DNA of 64,000 nt from Azolla caroliniana (lineage: Eukaryota; Plantae; Polypodiophyta). The DNA lies in assembly GCA_043228905.1 (NCBI GenBank), contig JBHGNT010000002.1, positions 13,330,001 to 13,394,000 on the forward strand, in the 5' to 3' direction. A model generated the notes under the pieces. That model searched no databases and was not told the origin of the DNA. It saw only the letters and a program-made list of their open reading frames with translations. A program made the translations under genes and the position numbers. Of this stretch, positions 46,791 through 58,744 are shown piece by piece. Every line of letters starts with the position of its first letter. The first letter of the stretch is position 1.

Positions 46791-48227
46791 GGAGTTAACT
46801 AGCGTTACCAACCGCTAATTAGCCGATACATGTTATTGTAGAACCTCGAGAATTAACTCACCTACATGATGTGTCTGGTCGCGTCGACACCGCAACTGAT
46901 GAAGAGATATTTGACGATGTGGTTGAGAATAAGAGTCTTGCATAGACATGTCCATTTGCTTGTGGAAGATTGTAGTGAATTGGGCAAGTCTACACCAAAT
47001 AATGATATAGTCAACCTCGCGTGTAAATCTACCCTGCAAAAAACTAGTGTCTGATGAGGAGATATTTGATGATGTGGCTGAGAGTAAGAATCTTGTCTAG
47101 ACATTTCTTTTAGATCAGATTTATCCTTTGCTTGTGGAAGATTATAGTGAATTGGGCACGTCTACACCAAATAATGATATAGTCAACCTTGCGCGTAAAT
47201 CTAACGTGCAACAATTCTTTGAGTCTTAGCGCCTTGCAACAACCCTACCTAGCCATACATATGATGTCATAGAACCACATCCTCCCCTTCTTGAATAGCT
47301 AGCGAAGGGCAATCGTCTAGAAATAGGTTGAAGAAGGGGACTCCATTGGGGAAAAGACTTGTTACTCGGTGAAGGGGCTACATTCACATCGTTTAGTGGA
47401 TTAGATATGTATCGAATTTTCCTTGAGGAGATTAATGTATAAGTTCTTTTCGTACAAGCAAAACCATTATTGGTTTATACTTAATCCCTTTCATGTAATG
47501 GATCTTTATATCCAAATATTCAAGAAACTATTTGTTTTGTTTGCGGAATGTTTTCTGCTCATATCGTTGCTTTGTAAGTGTGATTATGCTCATTTTTGTT
47601 GATGCTATAGAGATTAAACGGGTATGAATCACTTGCTTTAAAGGCCAACATTAGGCTGGAAACTTTTGATGTCATTACATATTCTAAGGGCCCCATTTTG
47701 AGAGTAGAAGTAGCAACTAACATAGATGGTTTGGTCAATCAAGTAGGTAAAGCATGTGGGCTGGTCTAATTTTGCAGGTAGATGTGGCAACTGATACTAT
47801 TGCGCTCATCCCAACAAGAGAAGTAGCTACAAGCACAGAGGTAGAGAGTCAAGGTTGTAAAATAGCAGTTCCAAATCAGACCCAAGATCAACAAACATAA
47901 TGCAAGCAAAATACCTCGAGTGTGCAGGAGCAAAACAGAGTGAAGCCAAGCCCAAACACACAACAAACCAGGGGTGTGAAGAGGAAGAGGACACCAATGT
48001 TCCCGGTAGAGCCTTATTTAATTGAAATAGATTGTGTGCCACACAAGGTTGGTGTAAGGGAGGTAGAGTTTTAGGAATGGAAACCAAAACCATTGGAAGA
48101 ATAAAGGAGAGCTTTGATTTTAAAGTTTGATAAAGTTCTCATGAATATGCGACAAATGATACCAAGGGTGGACGCGAATCAGTTTTTGACATGGGTTGTG
48201 CAATGGTTTGGTCTGTTGATTTGACGT

Positions 48228-49116
48228 TGTTGTGATGTTTTCGACACATAGTGCGAAACCACCCTTAAAAGAGAATAAAATAGTAGTCCAAATAAACTAA
48301 TGTTGTTATATCAACTATAGTAATAAATGAAAGGATTAAAAGTTAGAAGCGGTTTTCGAAAGTAGACAAAAATAGAGAAAATGATAGGAAAAGAAAAGCT
48401 AGTCGTGGATATGAGGAGCAAGGTCGAGTAAAAAGCTAGTAATTTCCTCGTCCAATTTCCAAATTAGAAAAGGAAAGATGCATAAGAAAGATAACAGAAA
48501 TAGCTTTCTAAGAGTAGCTTGCATGTCAGATTTGACGTTACGGAATAGAAATAGTGATAAAATGAAAAGTTGACTCATATAGAAAAACTTTTGGGAAAAA
48601 GAAAGAAAGAAAGGAAGCAAACAATCCTAAACCTATAAATAAGAAAGAAGAATGGGGAGGGGATTTGAAGAAGAAAAGATTTATGTTTCCTTTCACATAT
48701 TCTTATACCCTAAAAGGGGATAGAAAAAAAATTATGTAACAAAATAGATCCATTATAGTGATGATTTGGTAATAAAATGCTTTCCATGTTTCCTCTCTCA
48801 TGATCGCTTTCTTTAAACTTTGCTTATGTATAAGTAAATTTAAGTGTTATTGATGCTTGCTTACTCTAAGCCTTCTTACTCATAAGAATAATTAAGTATT
48901 ATTCAATCTCGCATAATCTCCTACTCGAAGATTTGCTTATGCATAAATGTAATTAACTATTATTCGATCTCTTATACTACCAATTTACTCTTATTAGAGG
49001 GAAATATCTCGTCTTTAAGCTTAAAGTGCATTAAGCGTTAAGCCCTAAATCCTTCCGGTCTAGAACCTCGGCGGTTCCGCTTCACAATCCGCACTTACTG
49101 GTGGATTTGCACGACA
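48228..49116 (+). mobile_element. Solo LTR (TGTTGTG...CACGACA) with 4-bp TSD ACGT
   Basis: ACGT at 48224-48227 and 49117-49120. Its 3' end matches the LTR end at 51595-51652, which is followed by the tRNA-Trp PBS. Contains ctataaata. Confidence 0.85.
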
Positions 49117-49630
49117 ACGTGATAAACCATGTAATTAAGTTTGGAAATGTGTGGATAGGATATTCCCAAAGTGGTCACAAAGTGTTAGTGGACAAAGGAA
49201 AACTGTGAAGAGAAGGACTTTGTAAGGTTCAAAAACCTTGATGAATTTTGGACAATGTGGCTAGCTTATAATGAAGACATCGCCTTAATGGTGGATACAC
49301 AACATTTCCAACAATACCTCAACCTTTGCAGATGTTAGCTTATTGTGTCAGAAGATATGTCAGACAACTAGTTAGTAGAAACACTTAGCTGCCAACTTCA
49401 AGCATGGTTGTGCACTTCATACCAAGCTGAGTATCAGACAACATATGTAGGGAGGTTCCACTAAATGCAAAGAGTTTGGCAATTTATCAGAAATTTGTAG
49501 GACAATCATCCTTGTATTGTAACAATGTAATTTAGTAACATTCATATTAATGATAAATTCTTCTTCTTCTTTTGAGTATGTTTTCAGCTGTTCAAATTTA
49601 AAATAATGAAAACTTAGTAGTGAGAAAGAA

Positions 49631-50155
49631 TTGTTAAAGTCTTCCACTATTAGGTTTTCCTATAGTTTTATCATGCTTTCAAACATGTTGGATGATAGAG
49701 TCAAAGGTGGATTAAGAAGAATGGTGGTTAGTGAACAATGGTGTCAATTGAAAGTATCGAAAACACAAGAAGGAGAAGAAATTGTTTCAATTATATTTGA
49801 TGCTTCTTTTTTGGCAAATATAAAGATGATAGTAAAGATATGCAAGCCAATCCTAAAAGTTCTAAGATTGGGGGATAGAGAAGGTGCAACCATGGGTTTA
49901 ATTTATGAATGCACTCAACATATGATAGAAGAAATAAACCACATTAAAAATGTACATCATATAATGCTTGATGAAATTAGAGGAATATATATGCAAAGAT
50001 GGACAATGCTACACACACCATTGCATGCAACCAGCTTTATTTTGCATCCAATTTGGCGAGAGAAAATTCAAGATATTGATGACAAGCCCAATACAAGTTG
50101 AATGGAAACTATTATACGTTATACTAATGGTGATGTACATATATGTGGTGTTTTA
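49631..50155 (+). pseudogene. hAT-superfamily transposase fragment
   Basis: LRRMVVSEQW...ICKPILKVLRLGDRE...TMGLIYE...RWTMLHTPLHATSFILHP, typical of plant hAT transposases. Stop at 50099; cut by an LTR at about 50156. Confidence 0.85.
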
Positions 50156-50567
50156 TGTTAGGACCGAGACTGGCCACAATCGGTTACTCGTACGTATGTG
50201 TCACAGACACACCAAGCGCGGACTAGGATGGAACGCAGATGATGGGGCTACAAGCGACGAATGAACTTGGGGCTAGATGTGACGAGGCTTGGAAGATGTT
50301 GTGAGTGACATGACGGCCCGAAGACAAAAATAAAGATCAAGGAGACAAAGATGACGTGAAACGAGAATACTAGATTGATGTGTCAATGACTGGTGTTGAA
50401 TCCCTTGAAAGGGACCAAGGAGGTTACAAGTATTTATACAAGTTTTGAGATGGAATATCTCTAGAATATACTTGAGAAATATCTCTAGAATATACCCGAT
50501 AAATAGATCTTTAGAATATACCTATTTAGAATACACCATAGAATGTTTTTAGAATATACTAAAGACT

Positions 50568-50582
50568 AGAATATTCTAGAAT
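50568..50582. promoter_or_regulatory. Perfect three-unit heat-shock element in the LTR
   Basis: aGAAtaTTCtaGAAt within a cluster of (c)tagaat repeats at 50450-50600. Confidence 0.5.
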
Positions 50583-50799
50583 GTATTATATGCTAGAATA
50601 TATAGTACTAAACTATCATATATAAATACATGCTCACATCCAAATGGTTAGACATGATGTCTTGTTGAAGTGAGGTTGTAGGTTCAATCCTCACCGACTA
50701 AGTATTTTATGCCACTGTGACGTGACATTATCCTCCCCTTTACGACTGCCTTTTCGGAAGTGTGGTGTAGGGCTTAGCGGGAATTGGAGCACCAACAGA

Positions 50800-51276
50800 T
50801 GTGAGCGAGCATGTGCGGTCCTCATCGGAGACACAAACACTGACAGGTGTGAACGACCATGTACGGTCCTCATCGGGAACAAGAACGGGAGTGAGTGACC
50901 ATGTGCAGTCCTTCTCGAGAACCATGCGGCCCTCACCGGGAACTGGAACATGAACAGGAGTGAGCGACCATGTGCGGCCCTCACCGGGAAATGGAACACG
51001 AACGGGAGTGATCGGCCATGTGCGGCCCTCTCCGGGAAATGGAACACGCAGGGGAGTGAGTGACCATGTGCAGCCCTCACTGGGAACTCGAACACGAACG
51101 AGAGTGAGAGACCATGCGGTCCTCAGCGGGAACTAGAACGGGAACTGGAACACAGAACGGGCATGAGTGACCATGTGCGGTCCTCACCGGGAACTGAAAC
51201 ACGAACGGGAGTGAGCGACCATGCGTCCCTCACTGGGAACTGGAACACGAACAGGAGTGATCGACCATGTGCGGCC
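50800..51276. repeat. Tandem array of about 10 units, mostly 48 bp
   Basis: Unit gaccatgtgcggccctcaccgggaactggaacacgaacgggagtgagc. Confidence 0.92.
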
Positions 51277-52938
51277 TGTTACGAAGGCACTACGGCTCTT
51301 CTCTGTGCACAACGGATCGTGATGTGTTGGATCATTTAGTGCTCAAGACAAAAAGGGAAGGGGAAGGAGACTTACCTCTGTGTAGCAAACCAAAAAGCTT
51401 CTTCTATTTCATCCCACATAGAGCTCAACTCGCTCTCGTCTGTTTTCTGTTTTTCTCCTCTTCTCTACTCTCACTCTTACTCACTTTTCTACTTTTTACG
51501 TAAGTACATAAGTGACTTATATATGCAACTAATTACCTGTCAGTAGTTAATTAGGTGTTTATGTCTAAATAGTTGTAAATAGCTAAATAGTTGGTCCAGA
51601 ACCCCGGTGGTTCCGCCTCACGATCCACACTTAGTGGCGGATTTGCACGACATAATAAAGTGGTGAACCCGACGTGAAGAGGAGGTAGGAAGGATTCAAG
51701 TGCTTGAAATAGAAGATTAGAAGATGACTTCTTGGACAAACATCCAAGTTGACGAAGTGGCGAAGTTGGTAGCTGTTGTCGAGCATATGATGAGAGCTCG
51801 TGATAATGATGCATCATTAAACAAGGCCATTGACTGGATCATTGATATAGCGGGCCAATTTGGTGGAAGAAATATTACGGATTTCCTCATTATATACAAG
51901 ATAGAGATGGCAAATGGGTTACAAGGCTGTATAAGGGAGATTCAAGCCACACAACCAACATGGGCGGGATTCGATAGGGCACTTTTGGTCGAATATATGC
52001 TTGAAGATGCATCAAGGATGACTCGACACACGTTGATGAAGTGGATCGAGAAGAAGGGGAAGAAAATAAATTCATTGAGGTTGTACAACGAATTCGACCA
52101 AATGTAAATCGTCTCTCTAGCACCGACCTGATGTTTCTCAAAGAAGATAAGGTTCTATACTTCTTAAAGGTGGTGGATGTGAACGACAGACGAGAACTAG
52201 GTAGTCTGTTAGAGGATGAAACATAACCCAATGGTCTCATAACGGATTGGGTTGAGGTAAGAAAAGCATGTGACCGACTTGACAAGCATCGTCGATGGCT
52301 AGATGATTCCGACATGGCGTGGTCGATAGTTCAAAGATGGAAGGCTCCAATAGGAACTGAGATGTCAAAGCAGATTGAGACGACCGAAAGAACAATGGAG
52401 GACAATGACGCCAGGATGAAGAAGGCTATGGATGGTGTGGCAAAGGAGGATGGTAAGTGTGTTTAGACTTCCTCCCCACTATTTTAAGAGATTTGGGCAA
52501 TGATGGATGGGGACATATCGATCAGTGGAAAAAAGGCCATCACCAAAGAATCATACCCAAACCAAATTAAGAACCAAGAGAAGGAAGGTGGTGGCAACCA
52601 AGCGAAGGTCAAAGCTGATGTGTACGATGAAGAGGCAAGGATAATTGAGGCATGCTTGATCGAGAAGGTCAATGGGTATGCAACCCATGAGTTTGAAAAG
52701 ATGGCCACGGATAACAACTTAGAGGTAGAGGTTGCTATGGACAACACAATGAAGGAGGATGACAAGTGTGCTACGACTTCCTCCCCATTATTTCAAGAGA
52801 TTTGAGCAATGGTGGACGGGGACATATCGGTTGGTGGAGAAAGGGCCATCACCGAAGAGACATACCCAAACCAAATTAAGACCCAAGAGAAGGAAGGTGG
52901 CGGCGAGGAAGCAAAGGTCAAAGCTAATGTATATGATG
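51277..52938 (+). mobile_element. Degenerate 5' part of a tRNA-Trp-primed gypsy element: LTR end at 51652, PBS 51661-51678, disrupted gag with an internal ~308-bp-period duplication
   Basis: gcacgaca then tggtgaacccgacgtgaa; gag GQFGGRNITDFL...KVLYFLKVVD...RRELGSLLE is homologous to 25889-28063. Sequence 52455-52630 repeats at 52763-52938. Confidence 0.8.
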
Positions 52939-55935
52939 TGTTATCGCTAGGGGCCAGGCAATGCCCTAACTCAGGGTGTCCCCTTGAGACACTTCACCAA
53001 AGGGGTGTTGCGGTGAGATAAACTTAGACCAAACTATTAATGAAACCCCAATCGGTTACTAATCGGCAAGATCATTAGTCACAATACATGCATAAGATGA
53101 ATTACACTTAGCACAAAACGGTAATTAACGTTGATTAAGATACAGAACAACAACACTCTATTAATTATCCGCTAATGATTACAATCTAACCGGGCCCTTT
53201 TATAGGTCCTCAGTTCTAAGTACAAATTGGTGCCAACCAGCAACCGGCCACGAACCGGTCCAATTTCGGACTGGTTCGTTTCTCAAAATATCCTTCTAAA
53301 TATTATAAATAATCAGCTCCCTTTCCCATTTTGGATTTTACCCGACTCTTAAGTCTTTGCCGGCCAACACATAGCACGCCCGTGGGACAGTACCTTGTAC
53401 GTCGAATCCCACGGTTCACCCTTTACTCTTCTTCCAAAATGTCCAGAATGCCTTGGTCCAGGGGTTCTAAAGGCTCCTCGGGTAGTTGCTCCGTCGTCGG
53501 TTGCTGCTCTTGCTCCCACTCCTGCTGTTGTTGTTGCTCCTCTGGTTGATCCAGTTCCACTGGTTCCTCTAGTCTCTTTGGTTCTAGTTCTATTGATTTG
53601 GGCTTCTCCTACTGATGGTTTCCCGTGTGCAGGTTTCCATTTTTCGGCTGCTCCCCCAGAGTTATGTTCGGTTGGCTTCCCCTAGCTTTAGCTTCATTCG
53701 GTGCCTGCTCCGAAGACTGCTCCTCATCACTGATATTGATCGCCGCAATTCTTCTGACCACTTCTTGCCATTGTCGTTGTCGTTCATACCGCTCGAGCTA
53801 GAGTTGGGTATCCAACTGGTTGTCGTCGTGTTGTTCCACCAATCGCCTCACCGCCGCCAATTGGTCCCCGACTAATGATACGAAGTCGTCTGACAATTCC
53901 TCCCTTATGGCAACAATGTTTTCCTTGTCCAATTTATAGAAATCGTTGCCGTCCTTCCGCCGGTTCTCCGCATCCGATCATAGTAATTGTAACTCTGCTG
54001 CCTGCTTAGCCCATTGAGACCACCATTGAACCGAACTTTCTTCTACCATTCTTTTCGTCTAGTCTCTCCATGCCCGCACTAGATCACGGATTCGCCCCAT
54101 CCCCATCTTTGACTTGTTCTCCGAGGCTTGTTTTTCGTCCTTCAATTCTTTGATCAAGCTCGCGGTTGCCACTTCTTGGCTTCTGTAGTGAATGAGCTGG
54201 GTCTGATAGGTCATCTGAACTTTGTTCAGAGCCATTGTAGCGCGCTCCGTTGACTCCGAGTGCTGCTGGGTCAGCTCTACCCGTTCTTTCGCCACTTCCA
54301 CCAGTTGTTTTGCTGCTTCAACCCCGTTCCACTGTTCCTCTACCAAGGCTGCCACGGTCCGGTTAACCTCATCCCGAAGTTCCCGTAACTTCTCCTGCTG
54401 CCGGTCACTTTCGGTGATCAATTTCTTGTGTTCCGCATCCAAGTGTCTGTGATCCCGGTGCAACCGATCAAAGTCCTCCGTTTTCTGTTTCAGCCGTTGG
54501 TTGATCAGATAGCGAACATGGTCTTCCCAGTCCTTTTGTTGCCAGAGTTCTTCCTTGAGTCGCTCGATCTCTACTTCCGCCAAGCGCCGGAGTTTGTCAT
54601 TTTCCTCCAAGAGTTTTTCTTTTTCTTCCTTCAGCTGGTCATATGCTTGATGACCTTTTCTCAAGCTTCCCTTTGCTCGGCAGAGGCTGTCAAGTGCCTT
54701 CCTTTGTTCCTCCGCCGCCGCCGCTTTTTTCAATTCTCGCTCCTTGGCTCGTAAGGCTTCTCGTGCTGCCAGGTCTTCCCATAATGTGGCAAGCTCTTGT
54801 GCTGGAATTTTATTAGTATTCGGGCCTGCTTTAGTCACCGGGGTCTTATTGTTCTGTAAAGTTATCGGAGCCACCGGTTCCGATTGCTGTGGTTTTATGA
54901 ACAACTTGGCCATTTCTGTTCTGACCTTCTCTATGTCTTGCTCCATGCTCCGGATTCTTGATTGGGCCGTCTCTAATTCCTTGGTTGTGGTTAGCAACCA
55001 ATCTTCATGCGCACTCTCTTCCGCTTCTAACTAGTAGACGACCCCAACCACTTGTTCTGCTATCCATCGTAGCCATGAACTGCTGGTGCCTTGTTGTTGT
55101 GCTGGTTCTATTCATGGGATGGCTTCTTCATTGGCCATGAGCCTAGTATAGATGGTTACGTCAAGCGGCCGCTCCGGTTCTGGTTGTTGCTGTTGCGGCG
55201 GCGACACCGACAATTCAATGATCGGTTCTTGATCCACCGGTACTGCCATGTCCTGGACTGCTGATTCTACTATGTCCTGCCACACCAATTGCTCTGTCAC
55301 CGATTCTTGTTGAACCAGTTCTGACACCTTCCTTGGCTGCGGCTCCTCAAGGAGGGGTTCTAGTATAATGTCCTCCATCGGACTTGATTTCTCCCCTTTG
55401 TGGCCCTTGTCACTTATCTTTCGACGACGTAACAGAGTCTCGGTAGGCTCGTCTTCTTGCTCTTCTTCCTCCAGGGTCTTGCTATTGATTAACGTCGCCA
55501 AGGGGTTCTGCCCCTGCGGTTTGTACGGTTGCTGTTCTGCTTGTTGTTCCGTCTGGCACAGCTTGATTTTCAAAGGTCTCACTGGGGTGTACACCGATGA
55601 CTCCTTCTCTACCGGACGCTTCCGATTAGGCCGCTCCTTCACCTTTTGTAAAGTGCCAGCCTCCTTCCAGTCTATCGCCTGGGTAGCCAGGAGTTGCTGC
55701 CGTTTTGAAGCTGTTTTGGGGGTCGATTCTATCGGTCTTCCCTGCTTCCTTTGTTTCATGGGTTCCACCGGTGGTGCTAACAGAGTGAGCCATTGCGCTA
55801 CCGCTGTCCACATATTTTTGCCATCTTTTATTGAGACGATGGCAGTGCTCAGGCTGTCGGCGATCATTACCGACCAATCCACCTGTACTCCCTCGTAGGT
55901 GGCTATGATCAAGCCGGCTCTATTCCTAGGCATAG
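52939..55935 (-). mobile_element. 3' part of an Athila-like gypsy element: LTR about 52939-53369 and a disrupted extra ORF
   Basis: The LTR shares gagacacttcaccaaagg (reverse complement) with 58273-58691. The extra ORF is homologous to 63473-64000. Confidence 0.8.
53880..55935 (-). pseudogene. Retrotransposon extra ORF, C-terminal part with a long coiled coil; disrupted
   Basis: MPRNRAGLIIATYEGVQVDW...AVAQWLTLLAPP, then a charged linker and the heptad-rich ORF 54059-54997. The N-terminus is cut off by the copia LTR at 55936. Confidence 0.75.
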
Positions 55936-56016
55936 TGTAAAGAATAGCGTGCGGAAGCAATAGAAAACCGAACACAAAAACGCAGGTATAATGGAAAGCT
56001 TGGACACACAGTACGC

Positions 56017-56082
<66 letters not shown>

Positions 56083-58272
56083 ATACACACAAACTCAATT
56101 AAAAAATAATAGTCAATCTGTACATTGTATATGTTCAGTGAACACTTTTATACAAGTCCATACGGACTCACAGAAGTACAATGTACTTCAATGCTCACAC
56201 AAGCGTCTGACACTAACTATGAGACATTAACTACCTACTAGTCTAGGTTGCTACTAGGCTTCCGGTTACTGATGGATCCGGCTAACTGGCTCCCCAGCTC
56301 ACCGGCTCACTGATCCGGCTCAGGCTTATTCAGCCGATCTAGATTCAATTGAGCTTGTCGCGCAACACTCCCCCTCAAGCTCAACATGAGGTTGGATCGT
56401 AGTGTTAGTCTCCATGGCAGCCGATCCTTCCACCCGGCTCCTTCTGGCGTCACTCCGCCTCGCTCGTGCTCCTCGTCCAGTCCGGTCCCATTTGCTGCGA
56501 CCCTTCTGTTTCTGCGCACCTCGACCTCCTTGGTCGGCTTGTCTGCTCAATAGGCCCAAATCAGCTCCCTCGCTGTTGTGACTTCAACGCTTGTTGATTC
56601 ACCGATTCCTTTGGGTTGGCGTCGACTTTTGCTGCCCTCTCGTCCTCTTGGCCTTGAATTGATCCAGTTCTTCCGAATCCATCTATTGAACCGAATCGAC
56701 TATCTCCGAATAATTCCACCTCTTGTCCGAATCGGTCGCTCTCGATTCGTCTTCTAGTTCCAGGCCCTTCACCACATCGGACCATGTCCGGGTCTTGGCC
56801 TTCTTCTTCTGGTCGGCTCTATCCTTCTTGACTCTACCGCCGATGCCACTTGTTCCGACTTGTTCGGATGTGTCAACTTCCTTTGTCGACTCGACTCCTT
56901 TCTTCTTCTTGTCTCTCCCTCTGTCAGTTCTTCCCTCACCGGTGCAATCGACAGTTTCTTTGCCTTTGCCCATTCCGGTGTCTTCTCCCTTTCTCCCCCT
57001 CAAGTGTGGAAGTGCTGCAACTTGTCCGATCTGAGCGGTTTGATGAAGATGTTGGCAACTTGCTGATCCGTAGGAACATACCGAAGTTCAAGTTCACCGC
57101 TTAGCACACGCTCATGCACGAAGTGGTAGTGCACTTCTATGTGCTTTGTGTAAGCATGGAATATGAGGTTCTTGGCGAGCTGCATGCTGCTTATGTTGTC
57201 ACAGTAGATGTTGAACACCATGCATTTCGGTGAAGTGCTGCAACTTGTCCGATCCGAGCGGTTTGATGAAGATGTTGGCAACTTGCTGATCCGTAGGAAC
57301 ATACCGAAGTTCGAGTTCACCGCTTAGCACACGCTCATGCATGAAGTGGTAGTGCACTTCTATGTGCTTTGTGTGAGCATGGAATATGGGGTTCTTGGCG
57401 AGCTGCATGCTGCTTGTGTTGTCACAGTAGATCAGGATCGGGGTGGGCACCTCGATCCGCAGGTCTTGCAGCAGTCGTTGAAGCCAAATGGCTTCACAGG
57501 TGGCAATGGTAGCGCCCCGATATTTAGCCTCAGTGCTTGAAAGGGCCACTGTTGGCTGCTTTTTGCTGCTTCACACAACAACCGCGCTACCAAGGGAAAA
57601 CATATAGCCGGAGGTGGATCGGCAATTTGATGCATCGCCGGCCCAGTCCGCATCATTGTAGCCGACTAGCTCTTCGGTTATACCATGCTCCACAGTCGGC
57701 TTCTGCATATTTTGGCTGATCACCGATGTCGGGTCGGGTGATTGTTAAATATATAAGCCTTCCGATGATTTGTCGGAACCGCTTCTCATCGCAGGCCGGT
57801 CTGGAGTTGGGATGGATCTTCTGGTTCCGGTCTAGGGGTGTGGAGATCGGTTGACATTCCGTCATGCTGAACTTGTACAACATATTACACACATAGTGTC
57901 TCTGTGAGAGCAATATGCCATCGGGGGTTCGGATCACCTTGATCCCAAGGAAATAGTGAAGGTCCCCCAGGTCCTTCATCTCAAATGCGTCCGACAGCTG
58001 GGCTTGACTCGGCTGATTTCATCGAGTCCGGGTCCGGTGATGACAAGATCATCAACATACAGCAAGATGCAAACCGAACCGTCCGGACCTTGCCGGATGA
58101 ACAACGAAGAGTCAGACTTGGACGCCGCAAACCCCATCTTACGCAATCGGTGCGTGATCTTCGCATTCCAGGCTCCGGGGGCTTGTTTCAAGCCTTAAAG
58201 GGACTTCTTCAGCCGGTATACCGCCGACTTGTTCATCCCCGACTGGAAACCGGGGGGTTGGGTCATAAAGAC
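55936..58272 (-). mobile_element. Ty1/copia family 4 (related to family 1), 3' part: LTR 55936-56367, PPT, RNase H and RT fragments
   Basis: TG...CA LTR similar to 20051-20502; ctccccctcaagct at 56368; LYVDDLVI, MKDLGDLHYFLG, HTKHIEVHYHF. Interrupted at 58273. Confidence 0.9.
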
Positions 58273-58744
58273 TGTTACCGGCCGACAAGGAGTCCAAAAT
58301 ACGGAGTGAAGGAATTAATTAAGAATGGTTGTAAATAAGCATAGTGTGGACGGACGGACTGGAAACGGTATGCCGTTCCAGATCCGGACGGATCCCGAAT
58401 AGGTGCGATAGGCACCGTTTTGTACTACGGGCCGGAAACCTATTTAAAGACCCGGACCCCATTGTAATCGCAGCGGATAATTAATAGAGCGTATGGTGTT
58501 TATACTTCTGTGTTGATTTCCGTTCTGTACTTACTGTTATATCTTACGCGTGTAATTAACAATAGCGCTCTAATCGTGTAACCTACTTAAGTCGGTGTAA
58601 TCGTTGAGTCATAATCCTATGCCGTAATCACCCTTTGGTGAAGTGTCTCCGTGACACCTTGTGTTAGGCCTTGTCCGGTCAGAGAATAACACAGTTTTGG
58701 CGACCACGATTCCTGCTTTCTCGCAGCGAACGACGGCTTAATGG

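Larger units (their letters stand above)
50199..51276 (-). mobile_element. 3' end of an LTR element related to the 36338 LTR: LTR 50199-50727, PPT, internal 48-bp array
   Basis: TGTCAC...GTGACA termini; the start resembles 36338-36420; followed by ttatcctcccct, as at 37125. Confidence 0.7.

Noticed and set aside
47560-48227. Splice-like signals (ag|gtaaag...ttttgcag|) and short open stretches
   Set aside because: No coherent ORF or recognisable homology.
55936-56098. N-terminal extension of ORF 55112-56098 (SLSLSL..., hydrophobic stretch)
   Set aside because: It is copia LTR and (GA)n microsatellite fused by insertion, not a signal peptide or transmembrane segment.
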